A model generated the notes under the pieces. It had not been told where the DNA came from, made no database searches, and saw only the letters and a list, made by a program, of their open reading frames with translations. This document shows positions 18,438-27,825 of a DNA stretch of 58,801 bases, in pieces (the stretch's first letter is position 1; each line of letters begins with the position of its first letter). Source of the stretch: an uncultured bacterium (GTDB taxonomy: Bacteria > Patescibacteriota > Minisyncoccia > Phycocordibacterales > CAIZLB01). The position numbers and the translations under genes were made by a program. Location of the stretch: assembly GCA_903936565.1 (NCBI GenBank), contig CAIZVZ010000007.1, forward strand, positions 1-58,801, read 5' to 3'.

Positions 18438-19466
18438 ATGTCACAAACAAGAATTGCCATTAATGGCGCAGGAAGAATAGGTAGAGCTTTTTTGAAATTA
18501 GCTATTACAAATCCAGATTTACAAATTGTTGCAATAAATGACTTGGCAGATATTGAAAATATCGCATATCTCTTAAAATATGATTCAGCTTATGGAAGAA
18601 GTGGACTAGATGTCAAAGCTAACAAAGAAACTGGAACACTGACCATTAACGGTCAAGAAGTTAAATATCTTTCAGAAAAGGATCCTGCAATGCTTCCTTG
18701 GAAAGATTTAGCGGTAGATATTGTTCTTGAATCAACAGGTCTATTTGTTTCTCGAGTAAAAGCAGAAGCACATATTACCGCTGGAGCAAAGCGAGTTGTG
18801 GTTTCAGCCCCAACAAAGGATGAAGCTGGCGCACCTCAAGCCGCAACAGTTCTTATGGGAATAAATGAGGCTGATATAGCAACTTGCCCAGTTACTTCAA
18901 ATGCATCCTGTACAACTAACGCAGCAAGTCCTCTTATCTCAATCTTGAATGAAACTATTGGAATTGAATCTGCAATTCTAAATACAGTGCACAGCTACAC
19001 AGCTAGTCAATCACTAGTGGATGGACCAAACAAAAAGGACTGGAGAGAGGGGAGAGCAGCTGCAATGAATATTGTCCCATCTTCAACCGGTGCAGCAATC
19101 GCTGTTACAAAGGTTATCACTGATTTAACAGGAAAGTTTGATGGAGTTTCAATGAGGGTACCGGTTGTTACAGGGTCTATTGTTGATGTTACTTTTATTG
19201 CAAAGCGTACAACTACAAAAGAGGAGGTAAACGAAATACTTAAAAAGGCTTCGCTTGATGCAAGATGGAGCGGTGTGTTTGAGGCCTCAGAAGAAGAGTA
19301 CGTTTCAAGAGATATAATTGGTAATTCTCACGCATCAATCGCTGATCTTAAACTAACAAGGGTGGTGAATGGAAATTTGGTGAAGGTTTTGGCGTGGTAC
19401 GATAATGAGATGGGGTATACACACGCGCTTTTACAGCATGTTCTGAAGGCGAGTAAACTAATTTAG
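18438..19466 (+). CDS. gap: Type I glyceraldehyde-3-phosphate dehydrogenase
   Basis: INGAGRIGR, SNASCTTN, NIVPSSTGAA, WYDNE.GY. Confidence 0.97.
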   Translation: MSQTRIAINGAGRIGRAFLKLAITNPDLQIVAINDLADIENIAYLLKYDSAYGRSGLDVKANKETGTLTINGQEVKYLSEKDPAMLPWKDLAVDIVLESTGLFVSRVKAEAHITAGAKRVVVSAPTKDEAGAPQAATVLMGINEADIATCPVTSNASCTTNAASPLISILNETIGIESAILNTVHSYTASQSLVDGPNKKDWREGRAAAMNIVPSSTGAAIAVTKVITDLTGKFDGVSMRVPVVTGSIVDVTFIAKRTTTKEEVNEILKKASLDARWSGVFEASEEEYVSRDIIGNSHASIADLKLTRVVNGNLVKVLAWYDNEMGYTHALLQHVLKASKLI

Positions 19467-19535
19467 TAATACATGAGTAATAAAAATACGATTGTCGCTA
19501 AGTGATAAGTTTTATATTGTAAATATTATAATGAT

Positions 19536-20156
19536 ATGAAGATTATAAGGTCAGTACCAACTCGCGAAGTTAAAAGATGTTTTGTTGTTGCCAAATTGTT
19601 TGCCGACCGAAAACATTTTGGTCATATGAAAATATTGAAATCAGAAGAAGATTATATTGTTCGACTCAATGAAACCAAAAAGAAGGTTATAAAAATGAGC
19701 AACAAACAGCTCGATGCAATACTTGCTGGTAGTTGGAAGAAAAGACTGAGTTCATATAATGAAGCAGACTGGTATATAGCCGAAGCCTATCCATCATAGC
19801 TCGGAGTGTGGAATAGGGTAGGAGAGATGCCGCTTCGGTGGACAAACCGTTCTCTGGTGGAAACAGCAAAAACAGTTAAGTGGGCGTTGAATCGTAAGAA
19901 TGGTTTTAGGAATAAAAGGATAAGAGCAGCTCATGCAATAAGGGGAATATTGAAAGTTGGTATTAATGTAATACAAAAGGAGGATTACTTGCTCCCTATA
20001 GTTTTTAAATGTGATACAGGGACTCAAGGCCGATATCATCTAAAACATAAGACTACAGGGGACATTGAAGATGGTTGCATGAGAAGCATTGCTCTGGCTG
20101 TCTCTGGAGTGCAAAGGATAAAGATATACTTTGGTATACCCAAGAAAAAGGCCTAA
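19536..20156 (+). pseudogene. Basic hypothetical protein interrupted by one in-frame TAG (19797-19799)
   Basis: ORFs 19536-19799 and 19806-20156 share a frame: ...AYPS*LGVWNRVG... Confidence 0.65.
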
Positions 20157-20240
20157 ATTACAACAAATATTTCCACACGAGGACAGTTGTTGTTGTGTCT
20201 CTGGGTGATATAATGTGTAAATAGAAATTAATTAAATAAA

Positions 20241-20552
20241 ATGAGTAAAATTACGATTTTCAAGATAGGTTTGGCTGGGGGAATTTATAAGCTTTTAACG
20301 ATACTCTTCGTTGTTTCTGTTGCTCACACTCATATAGTTTTCTTTAGAAGAATGGTGATGATTACAATGCAAAACTTTGGAGCGTTTGGCTTTAATCCTA
20401 ATACCTTTTCAGGTGTATTGTCAGGATGTCTGTGGGGATTTGTTGCAGGCTTCATCCAATTCGGTGCTATTGCTCTTATATTCAATATACTTTCGACAAA
20501 GAATATTGTTACAAAAACATGGTCTAAGTGGTTTAGAAGTAGCAAACAATAA
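20241..20552 (+). CDS. Small membrane protein
   Basis: Two hydrophobic Gly-rich helices; TATAAT upstream. Confidence 0.65.
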   Translation: MSKITIFKIGLAGGIYKLLTILFVVSVAHTHIVFFRRMVMITMQNFGAFGFNPNTFSGVLSGCLWGFVAGFIQFGAIALIFNILSTKNIVTKTWSKWFRSSKQ

Positions 20553-20566
20553 TTAAACACAAAAAC

Positions 20567-21076
20567 ATGAAAATATTTATAGCGTCTGATCATGCGGGGT
20601 TTGAACTTAAAAAAGCAATCATTGAAGATATAACTTTTTCAGGGCATACCGTGATAGATTGTGGGGCTGATGAATACGATGAGGATGATGATTATCCATT
20701 GATAGTTTCAAAAGCTGCTAAGGCAGTTTCAGAAGCGGAGTCGGCAAAGAAAGCGGGGGAATTGGAATTTACAGATGGGGAGGTCCGTGGAATTGTAATT
20801 GGTGGATCGGGCCAAGGTGAGGTTATAGTTGCAAACAAATTTCCTCACATAAGAGCAGTACTTTATTATGGTGGAACACAAGAAATAATTTCGCTTTCTC
20901 GTGAGCATAATGATTCTAATGTCCTATCACTAGGGGCGAGATTTATAACAGAGGGTGATGCAATAATGGCTGTTAGATTGTGGCTCGGTACTCCATTCAG
21001 TCAAGAAGATCGTCACGTTAGAAGAATGGAACAAATAGAAGAACTAGAGATGGAGACGGGTGACTCATTATATTAA
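20567..21076 (+). CDS. rpiB: Ribose-5-phosphate isomerase B (RpiB/LacA/LacB)
   Basis: ASDHAGFELK, DDYP, GGSGQGE, ANK, REHNDSNVLSLGAR, RH.RR. Confidence 0.93.
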   Translation: MKIFIASDHAGFELKKAIIEDITFSGHTVIDCGADEYDEDDDYPLIVSKAAKAVSEAESAKKAGELEFTDGEVRGIVIGGSGQGEVIVANKFPHIRAVLYYGGTQEIISLSREHNDSNVLSLGARFITEGDAIMAVRLWLGTPFSQEDRHVRRMEQIEELEMETGDSLY

Positions 21077-21100
21077 TATTTTTTAAACTCACAATAATCA

Positions 21101-21853
21101 ATGTCAAATTCACATAAAGACGGGGTACGCAATTCTGTAACCCCTAAGACAGAAATAATTCCTGCAGTAATGGCATCTTCATATGAAGATTTGACATTTA
21201 AGGTGGCTGCTATGAATGGAATTGCAAAACTCTTGCAAATTGATGCAATGGACGGTAAATTTGTAGAAAATAAATCATGGCCCTATATCAAGTCAGAAGA
21301 TAGAGATTTTATAAAGATAATCAAACAAGAGGACGGTCTACCGGATTGGCAGGAATTTGATTTTGAAATTGATTTGATGATTAGAGATGTTGAAAACGAA
21401 GCTTCAAAGTGGATTGCCGCTGGAGCGAGTCGTTTGGTGATTCACTATAAGAGTGAGCCAGAAGAGATTATAAAGAGAACATTGAGAGACTCTAAAGAAA
21501 AGGGAGTAGAGGTTGTTGTAGACTTTGAACTCGATATGGAAATTGAAGAAATTATCAAGATCTTGCATAATTTCAAAAAGGAAGAAATTGAGATAGACGG
21601 CGTTCAGGTTATGGGAATAGATAGAATCGGTTTTCAAGGAGAAAAGTTTGATCATAAGGTTCTCTCATATGTAAAAGAATTACATAAAGAATTTCCTGAT
21701 TTAATTATTTCTGTCGATGGTGGTGTTAAGCCGGAATATGCAAAGCCGCTAGCTGATGCAGGAGTGCACCGTCTCGTTGTTGGCTCTGCAATCTTTGAAG
21801 ATGATTCACCTAGAGATGCATATGAACACTTCAGATCTGTTTTGGATTGCTAA
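21101..21853 (+). CDS. rpe: Ribulose-phosphate 3-epimerase
   Basis: QIDAMDGKFV, GFQGEKF, SVDGGV, VVGSAIF; context between rpiB and transketolase. Confidence 0.88.
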   Translation: MSNSHKDGVRNSVTPKTEIIPAVMASSYEDLTFKVAAMNGIAKLLQIDAMDGKFVENKSWPYIKSEDRDFIKIIKQEDGLPDWQEFDFEIDLMIRDVENEASKWIAAGASRLVIHYKSEPEEIIKRTLRDSKEKGVEVVVDFELDMEIEEIIKILHNFKKEEIEIDGVQVMGIDRIGFQGEKFDHKVLSYVKELHKEFPDLIISVDGGVKPEYAKPLADAGVHRLVVGSAIFEDDSPRDAYEHFRSVLDC

Positions 21854-21944
21854 GTTTAGAAAATACATCACTGGCCTCATACGTACATGCGGGATTTTTA
21901 AAATTCCTAAATACTTTTTTGGTTTTTTAGGATATAATATAAAT

Positions 21945-22802
21945 ATGTCATTAACAGATGATCAAGTCTCTTTAATAAAAACAAAAGCTAAGGAAATAAG
22001 AATTTCTATTGTGAAGATGTTGGCAGAGGCGCGGTCTGGTCACTCGGCTGGAGCGCTTGGTATGGCAGATATTTTTTCAACTTTATACTTCAGCGTGCTT
22101 GGAAAGAACGATAAATTAATATTGTCCAATGGTCACATTTGTCCAGTGCTATACGCGTCTCTCGCTGAAGCTGACATAATACCAAAGGAGGAATTGATGA
22201 CACTTAGAAAGTTTGGATCAAAATTGCAGGGCCACCCTCATAGAAATTTTCTGCCAATACTCGAAACATCATCTGGTCCACTTGGCTCTGGCCTTTCACA
22301 ATCGGTTGGTGTAGCTATTGCTGATAAGATGGATGATAAGAATTATTCCAAATTACCAAAGCGATTTATATATTGTCTAATGTCTGATGGGGAATTAGAC
22401 GAAGGACAAAGCTGGGAAGCTGTAATGCTTGGCGCAAAAGAGAAGCTGGTAAATTTAATTGCAATAATAGATAGAAACAATATTCAAATCGGGGGAGATA
22501 CAGAGAAGGTGATGCCACTATCGCCTTTGGGTGCAACGCTGTTTGATAAATGGAAAGCTTTTGACTGGTATGTTCAGGAAGTTGATGGGCACAATATTGA
22601 GGCAATTAATTCCGCAATAATTAAAGCGCAAACTAATCTTGCTAGACCTTCGGTTATTATTGCCCACACTGTGCCAGGAAAGGGGGTAATCTACATGGAG
22701 GGAAGGTATGAATGGCATGGGATTCCACCAGGAATACAAAACGTCAAAGGTGCACCAGAAAAAGAAAAACAGCTAGAAGTGGCGTTGCAAAATCTTTCAT
22801 AA
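21945..22802 (+). CDS. Transketolase, N-terminal (ThDP-binding) subunit
   Basis: SGH, LS.GH, LQGHP, SGPLGSGLS, SDGELDEG..WEA, DRN..Q, WHG; start moved to ATG 21945. Confidence 0.93.
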   Translation: MSLTDDQVSLIKTKAKEIRISIVKMLAEARSGHSAGALGMADIFSTLYFSVLGKNDKLILSNGHICPVLYASLAEADIIPKEELMTLRKFGSKLQGHPHRNFLPILETSSGPLGSGLSQSVGVAIADKMDDKNYSKLPKRFIYCLMSDGELDEGQSWEAVMLGAKEKLVNLIAIIDRNNIQIGGDTEKVMPLSPLGATLFDKWKAFDWYVQEVDGHNIEAINSAIIKAQTNLARPSVIIAHTVPGKGVIYMEGRYEWHGIPPGIQNVKGAPEKEKQLEVALQNLS

Positions 22803-22857
22803 AATTTCACAAAATATCACTTTGTAAAAATGACATATGGGGTTATAATAGAAATAT

Positions 22858-23538
22858 ATGTTATTCCTAGACAAAGTATCAAAGAGATATGCCGATAATA
22901 CGGATGCGCTAAATGGCGTTAGTTTGTTAATAAAACCAAAAGAGTTCGTTTCAATAGTGGGGCATTCTGGTGCGGGAAAGACCACATTGCTTAAAATGAT
23001 TTTAGCAGAAGAGAAGCCAACAGAGGGTGATGTTACATTTGAAAATATAAATATTCATAAAATCAGAAAGTCTGACATGAATGAATACAGAAGACGTATT
23101 GGAACAGTCTTTCAAGATTTTAGATTACTTGCTGATAAGACAGCGTATGAAAACGTGGCATTTGCTATGGAAGCAGCCGGAAGGACAGAGGAGGAGATTC
23201 ATGCTGATGTTCCACATGTTCTTGAGTTAGTTGATCTTGGTACGAAGATGCATAATTTTCCACATCAGCTCTCAGGGGGTGAGAAGCAGAGAGTGGCTAT
23301 CGCTCGTGCAATCGTTAATCAACCAGATATAATTATTGCCGATGAGCCAACTGGAAACCTTGATCCAAAAACTGCGTATGAAATTGTGCAGATTCTTAAG
23401 AAAATTAATGACCTTGGTACAACTGTTATTTTAACAACACATAATACTGGTGTAGTAGATCATATTGGTAAAAGAGTCATTTCGATGAGAGATGGAATGG
23501 TTGTAATGGATAGCGATAAAGGTGAGTTTGTAGTTTAA
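22858..23538 (+). CDS. ftsE: Cell division ATP-binding protein FtsE
   Basis: GHSGAGKT, VFQDFRLL, LSGGEKQR, ADEPTGNLDP; upstream of ftsX. Confidence 0.93.
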   Translation: MLFLDKVSKRYADNTDALNGVSLLIKPKEFVSIVGHSGAGKTTLLKMILAEEKPTEGDVTFENINIHKIRKSDMNEYRRRIGTVFQDFRLLADKTAYENVAFAMEAAGRTEEEIHADVPHVLELVDLGTKMHNFPHQLSGGEKQRVAIARAIVNQPDIIIADEPTGNLDPKTAYEIVQILKKINDLGTTVILTTHNTGVVDHIGKRVISMRDGMVVMDSDKGEFVV

Positions 23539-23563
23539 TTAAAAGATATAATAAAATAAAGTC

Positions 23564-24493
23564 ATGATTTGGACAAATATAAAAAGAACATTAAAGTCAG
23601 GTTTTGTGAGCTTTTGGAGAAACGGTTCAGTTTCTCTAGCTTCAGTTTTGGTGATGATTGTGACGCTACTTGTTATATCGTCAATAATCTTTATTGGGGC
23701 AATGCTCAGCTCAACACTTAAGACAATTGAGAGTAAGGTGGATATCAATGTTTATATTACTCAAACTGCAAGTGATACAGATATTACGTCTCTTCAAAAA
23801 TCAATTAAGAATTTGCCAGAGGTTGCAACAGTCACTCTAACTTCAAGAGAAGAAGCGTTGACGCAGTTTAGACAAAAGCATCAAGATGATGAATTAACAC
23901 TTAAGGCACTAGATGAGATTGGAACAAATCCACTCGGGGCTAGCTTTAATATTAGAGCAAAAGATCCATCACAATATGAGACAATCGTTAAATTCTTAGA
24001 TAGTCAGAAGACCGGAGTTGATGGAAGTGGGGCGGGGATAATTGAGAGAGTAAACTATTCAAACAATAAAGCTGCAATTGATGCATTGAATAGAATAATG
24101 ACATCATCAAGAAAGTTGGGAACAATCGTTGTAACATTCTTTGCGCTTGTTTCTATCTTGATAACATTTAATACCATTAGGCTTGCGATTTATATATTCA
24201 GAGAGGAGATTGCGGTGATGAGACTGGTGGGAGCGAGTGAGATGTATATTAGAGGTCCGTTTGTTACTGTTGGTTTGATGTACGGAGCTGTAGCTGGAAT
24301 CATAACTCTAATCCTACTTTATCCAATGACATATTATGTTGGGCCACTCACGTTTAATCTAGGGACCGGGCTCAATGTATTTAATTACTACATAGGAAAC
24401 TTCGGTCAAATGTTCTTGGTGGTAGTTGGAACTGGGCTAATACTAGGGGCGGTATCGAGTTACTTGGCAGTGAAGAAGTATTTGAAGGTATAA
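23564..24493 (+). CDS. ftsX: Cell division permease FtsX
   Basis: TM1, large extracellular loop, NTIRLAI..REEI.VMRLVGA...YIRGPF. Confidence 0.93.
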   Translation: MIWTNIKRTLKSGFVSFWRNGSVSLASVLVMIVTLLVISSIIFIGAMLSSTLKTIESKVDINVYITQTASDTDITSLQKSIKNLPEVATVTLTSREEALTQFRQKHQDDELTLKALDEIGTNPLGASFNIRAKDPSQYETIVKFLDSQKTGVDGSGAGIIERVNYSNNKAAIDALNRIMTSSRKLGTIVVTFFALVSILITFNTIRLAIYIFREEIAVMRLVGASEMYIRGPFVTVGLMYGAVAGIITLILLYPMTYYVGPLTFNLGTGLNVFNYYIGNFGQMFLVVVGTGLILGAVSSYLAVKKYLKV

Positions 24494-24524
24494 TCCAAAA
24501 CCCCAAAAACATAATAAAAACTAG

Positions 24525-24556
24525 CTTTAAAGCCCCTTGTTTAAGGGGCTTTAAAG
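24525..24556. terminator. 14-bp perfect inverted repeat between ftsX and tRNA
   Basis: ctttaaagcccctt-gttt-aaggggctttaaag. Confidence 0.5.
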
Positions 24557-24575
24557 TGATATTCTGTAAGCACAT

Positions 24576-24646
24576 TGCGGGATCGTCTAATGGTAGGACT
24601 ATGGTTTCTGGAACCATGTATCTAGGTTCGAATCCTAGTCCCGCAG
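24576..24646 (+). tRNA. tRNA-Gln (anticodon CTG), CCA not encoded
   Basis: Acceptor TGCGGGA/TCCCGCA, D-loop TAATGGTA, anticodon arm ATGGT-TTCTGGA-ACCAT, T arm CTAGG-TTCGAAT-CCTAG. Confidence 0.96.
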
Positions 24647-24660
24647 CAAATTTTAGAGCC

Positions 24661-24706
24661 TTATTTTTTTACCTGTTTTGGGTGGGGTAATATGGGGTTC
24701 GAACTT
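24661..24706 (+). repeat. Imperfect direct repeat, left copy
   Basis: ttattttttt-acctgttttg-ggtggggtaatatggggttcgaactt, matches 26751-26797. Confidence 0.75.
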
Positions 24707-24744
24707 ATTTTATTAAAATAAGGGTTGTGTTATCATGTTGTTAT

Positions 24745-25815
24745 ATGAAAAAATACTTAAAAATAATTTTCTTAATTGTAATAATAGTACTCGTTGTATT
24801 AATTGTCGTAAATAAAAGAGGTTCAAACACTCCAACTGATAAGGTTACCTTTGGTTGGTTTGGTCCTCTTTCAGGTCCAGTGGCTTCTCTTGGAGAACAA
24901 AATCTAAGAGGTGTTCAATTGGCTATAAAAGATTATGGACACGGTAGAGTTAATTTAAAAACAGAAGATGACCAATTTACCGTTAAGTCATCAATTAGTG
25001 CATATGAAAAACTTAAGGCAGAAGATGTCTTCATGATGCTGTCGCCAACATATAATGGAATTATGGCTTTAGCACCTACAGCAGATAAAGATAAAATGCT
25101 TGTGGCAAATAGTATAGATTCAAGTAGTGAAATTGCAAAAGCAGGAGAATATGTTTTAGGTATTGGTTATTATGCTGATGGACATGGTACAAATTTTGCA
25201 CGAAAAATAGAAGCCTCTAATGCAAAAAAAGTAGCCATTATTTATAATCAAGGTGAGACTTTTACAAAACTAATTGTAGATTCATTTAAACAACAATATA
25301 AGGGAGAAATTGTCATGGTTGAGGGATACAAACCTAACGATACTGATTTCAGAACTGTTATAAGTAAATTAAAGAGTAGTAATGTAGACACCGTCTTTTT
25401 GATTGGTTGGGACGAGTCAGGTTTCTTTATTAAACAGTCTGGTGAATTAAACTATACTCCTACAGTGTTTGGGCTAGCGAGCTTTACAAGCCCTGGCTTT
25501 CTTGGCAATGCTGGCAAAACAAAAATTCCAATGTATTACCTTGGTTGGGACCAAGAATCTAAGGAATATAAAGACATTGTCCTTAAATATAAGACGGAGT
25601 ACAAGGATGAACCATCACAACCTCTCTTTGTTGCTTTAGGTTATGATGCTATGACTTTAGTATTAAAAACTTTAGATAAAAATACGAACCCTGAAGAGTT
25701 TCGAAAGAACCTTTATAAAACTTCTGTGAATGGTTTAACAGGTACGCTTAATCTTGATGATGATGGTATTGTCAGGGGCATTACTGCACAGAGTCGTTTA
25801 TTTAAAGTTCAATAG
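24745..25815 (+). CDS. ABC transporter substrate-binding protein (LivJ/LivK-like, PBP type 1)
   Basis: N-terminal TM, G..GPLSGP.A.LG, EDD, TDFRT.I.KLK, GYDA, GLTG...D..G; no permease nearby. Confidence 0.85.
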   Translation: MKKYLKIIFLIVIIVLVVLIVVNKRGSNTPTDKVTFGWFGPLSGPVASLGEQNLRGVQLAIKDYGHGRVNLKTEDDQFTVKSSISAYEKLKAEDVFMMLSPTYNGIMALAPTADKDKMLVANSIDSSSEIAKAGEYVLGIGYYADGHGTNFARKIEASNAKKVAIIYNQGETFTKLIVDSFKQQYKGEIVMVEGYKPNDTDFRTVISKLKSSNVDTVFLIGWDESGFFIKQSGELNYTPTVFGLASFTSPGFLGNAGKTKIPMYYLGWDQESKEYKDIVLKYKTEYKDEPSQPLFVALGYDAMTLVLKTLDKNTNPEEFRKNLYKTSVNGLTGTLNLDDDGIVRGITAQSRLFKVQ

Positions 25816-25863
25816 TATTAGACGCATTCATATTTTTAGAGTCATCCAAATTAATTAAAATAC

Positions 25864-26592
25864 ATGAAGTCAAATCCAGAATTGACACCACCACAAGAAC
25901 AAAAATCAGGTAACCCAAAATGGGAAAGCGATGTGAGAAACATGTTTTCAAAATTGAGAGGTTCGCCAGAGGTTACTGAAGTAGAAATTGATGGTGTACG
26001 ATTGAAAGTATTTCCTGGTGTCTTTTCTCCCGAAATATTTTTTGAAAGTCAGTGGTTTGCAGAAAAAATAGCAACACTTACAGAAGGAAGGAAATTATTA
26101 GAGATTGGACCAGGCACAGGAATTATTGGACTATTTTCTGCCCTTAAAGGAGCTGAGGTTACGGCGGTTGATGTAAATGAAAAAGCTATAGAAAATACCG
26201 AGCTAAACTTTGCCGAACATGGCTTGGTTGTAGATGCACGGTTGGGTAGTGTATATGAGCCATTGGATTCATCGGAACAGTATGACATTATCTTTTGGAA
26301 TCATCCATTTAATAAAACAAGTCAGGAAGATTCAGATCCTTTTTTGAAGTCGGTCTTTGATTATGAATACAAACATTTAGAAACTTACATATCTGAAGGG
26401 GGAAGACATCTTGCAGAAAAAGGTAGATTACTTTTGGGAACAAGTAGTATTGCAAACCTTAAAGAAATAGAAGAAATCGCCAATAAGCACGGATATCATT
26501 TTGTGTTGGTGGATAAAATAGATAGGGAAACAGAAGTTGATGGCTCAGCCATTGATTTTAGAATATACGAGTTTGTTCCAATTAGAGCCTAA
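25864..26592 (+). CDS. SAM-dependent methyltransferase (PrmC/HemK-like)
   Basis: PGVFSP, LEIGPGTG, AVDVN, DIIFWNHPF (NPPF-like). Confidence 0.85.
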   Translation: MKSNPELTPPQEQKSGNPKWESDVRNMFSKLRGSPEVTEVEIDGVRLKVFPGVFSPEIFFESQWFAEKIATLTEGRKLLEIGPGTGIIGLFSALKGAEVTAVDVNEKAIENTELNFAEHGLVVDARLGSVYEPLDSSEQYDIIFWNHPFNKTSQEDSDPFLKSVFDYEYKHLETYISEGGRHLAEKGRLLLGTSSIANLKEIEEIANKHGYHFVLVDKIDRETEVDGSAIDFRIYEFVPIRA

Positions 26593-26691
26593 GATTTGTA
26601 ACAGAATATGTTGTGTTACTGATCTTCATCATACTCACTTTCACCCTCTCATACATCACCACCAGTTCGGAAATACTCAAACATCCCCAGC

Positions 26692-26738
26692 CGATTTTTA
26701 AGCGTAAAAATCGCGCAGAAATCAGCAGATTTCTGCGT
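26692..26738 (+). repeat. Dispersed ~46-bp double-hairpin element, copy 2
   Basis: CGATTTTTAAGCGTAAAAATCGCGCAGAAATCAGCAGATTTCTGCGT. Confidence 0.7.
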
Positions 26739-26750
26739 AGATCTTGAGGT

Positions 26751-26797
26751 TTATTTTCCAACGTGTTTTTGTGTGGGGTTATATGGGGTTCGAACTT
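26751..26797 (+). repeat. Imperfect direct repeat, right copy
   Basis: ttattttccaacgtgtttttgtgtggggttatatggggttcgaactt. Confidence 0.75.
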
Positions 26798-26870
26798 TTT
26801 AGTTAATATTATATTATCATAAATAGATAAACTTTATAATAATTGATATTTGAGATATAATTTAAAGTAT

Positions 26871-27122
26871 ATGAAACTAGATAAAGACTTGATATTGCCA
26901 TACATTATTATATTAATAATACCAATTGTCACAATTTATAAATTATTATATGTAGGTACAACTTTAGAGATAATATTAACTGTAGTAATTGCTTCGTTTA
27001 TGATTTTCAGTTTTATAAAACAAATAAAGGTAATAGCTATGATCTTATGGTTTACTCTTTTTTATCAGCTTTTAATTGTAGCTAATTTCGAAATTGGTTT
27101 AATAAATTTAATGTCTAAATAA
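26871..27122 (+). CDS. Small hydrophobic membrane protein
   Basis: Three hydrophobic segments; TATAAT 9 nt before ATG 26871; very AT-rich. Confidence 0.5.
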   Translation: MKLDKDLILPYIIILIIPIVTIYKLLYVGTTLEIILTVVIASFMIFSFIKQIKVIAMILWFTLFYQLLIVANFEIGLINLMSK

Positions 27123-27308
27123 GGTATTATCATCATAGGTGATTACATATCTGAACAATTTTCAATCTCTGGAATCGAATAGTGGACTAAGTCAACTGGC
27201 GCGAAGAATTGATATTAAGAGTTAGAAGGTCTGGTCTACATAATTACTTTGTAAAATCAGGACTAAAATAAAAGAAATTACTCTTACCTTGCATCAAAAG
27301 AGTTCTAA

Positions 27309-27740
27309 CTTCGTGTAGGAGGGCCAGCTGGAATATCGGAAGTTGATGAGAATGGATTTCTAAAAAAAATCACAGAGCGTACTCATATTGAAAAAACGCC
27401 AAACGGCGCAAGGTATAAAGACGGGGAAGATTTCAAAGATTTGACTGGTGGGGAAGTAACATCAATGAATTTCTTTGGATTTACTCCTTCATATTTTAAA
27501 TATTCCGAAAGTATGTTTAAAGAATTTCTTCAGCAAAATCAAGAAAATCTTAAGGTAGAATTTTATGTTCCTTTTGTTGTTAACACGCTTGTAAGCGAGG
27601 GGAAGATAAGGCTAAAAGTTCTCTCAAGTAACACAGAGTGGTTCGGCATAACATATTTAGAAGACAAGCCATTTGTGGAGGAGAAGTTGAGAGATTTGAT
27701 TAAAGAGGGAGTGTACCCGGAGGGGTTATGGTCGATTTAA
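27309..27740 (+). pseudogene. C-terminal remnant of a sugar-phosphate nucleotidyltransferase-family gene
   Basis: Frame open from 27309: GISEVDENGFLKKITERTHI...SMNFFGFTP...EFYVP.VV...WFGITY.ED; N-terminal half and proper start missing. Confidence 0.7.
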
Positions 27741-27778
27741 AGCGTTAAAAGCGCGTCAAAATTAGCATATTTTGACGA
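27733..27778 (+). repeat. Dispersed ~46-bp double-hairpin element, copy 3
   Basis: CGATTTAAAGCGTTAAAAGCGCGTCAAAATTAGCATATTTTGACGA. Confidence 0.7.
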
Positions 27779-27825
27779 TAGAAATTCAATGTCATTAACT
27801 AATAAAAACATGTTATTATAAATAC

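Noticed and set aside
19797-19799. Alternative genetic code or amber suppression
   Set aside because: TAG and TGA both end intact genes here; the tRNA anticodon is CTG, not CTA
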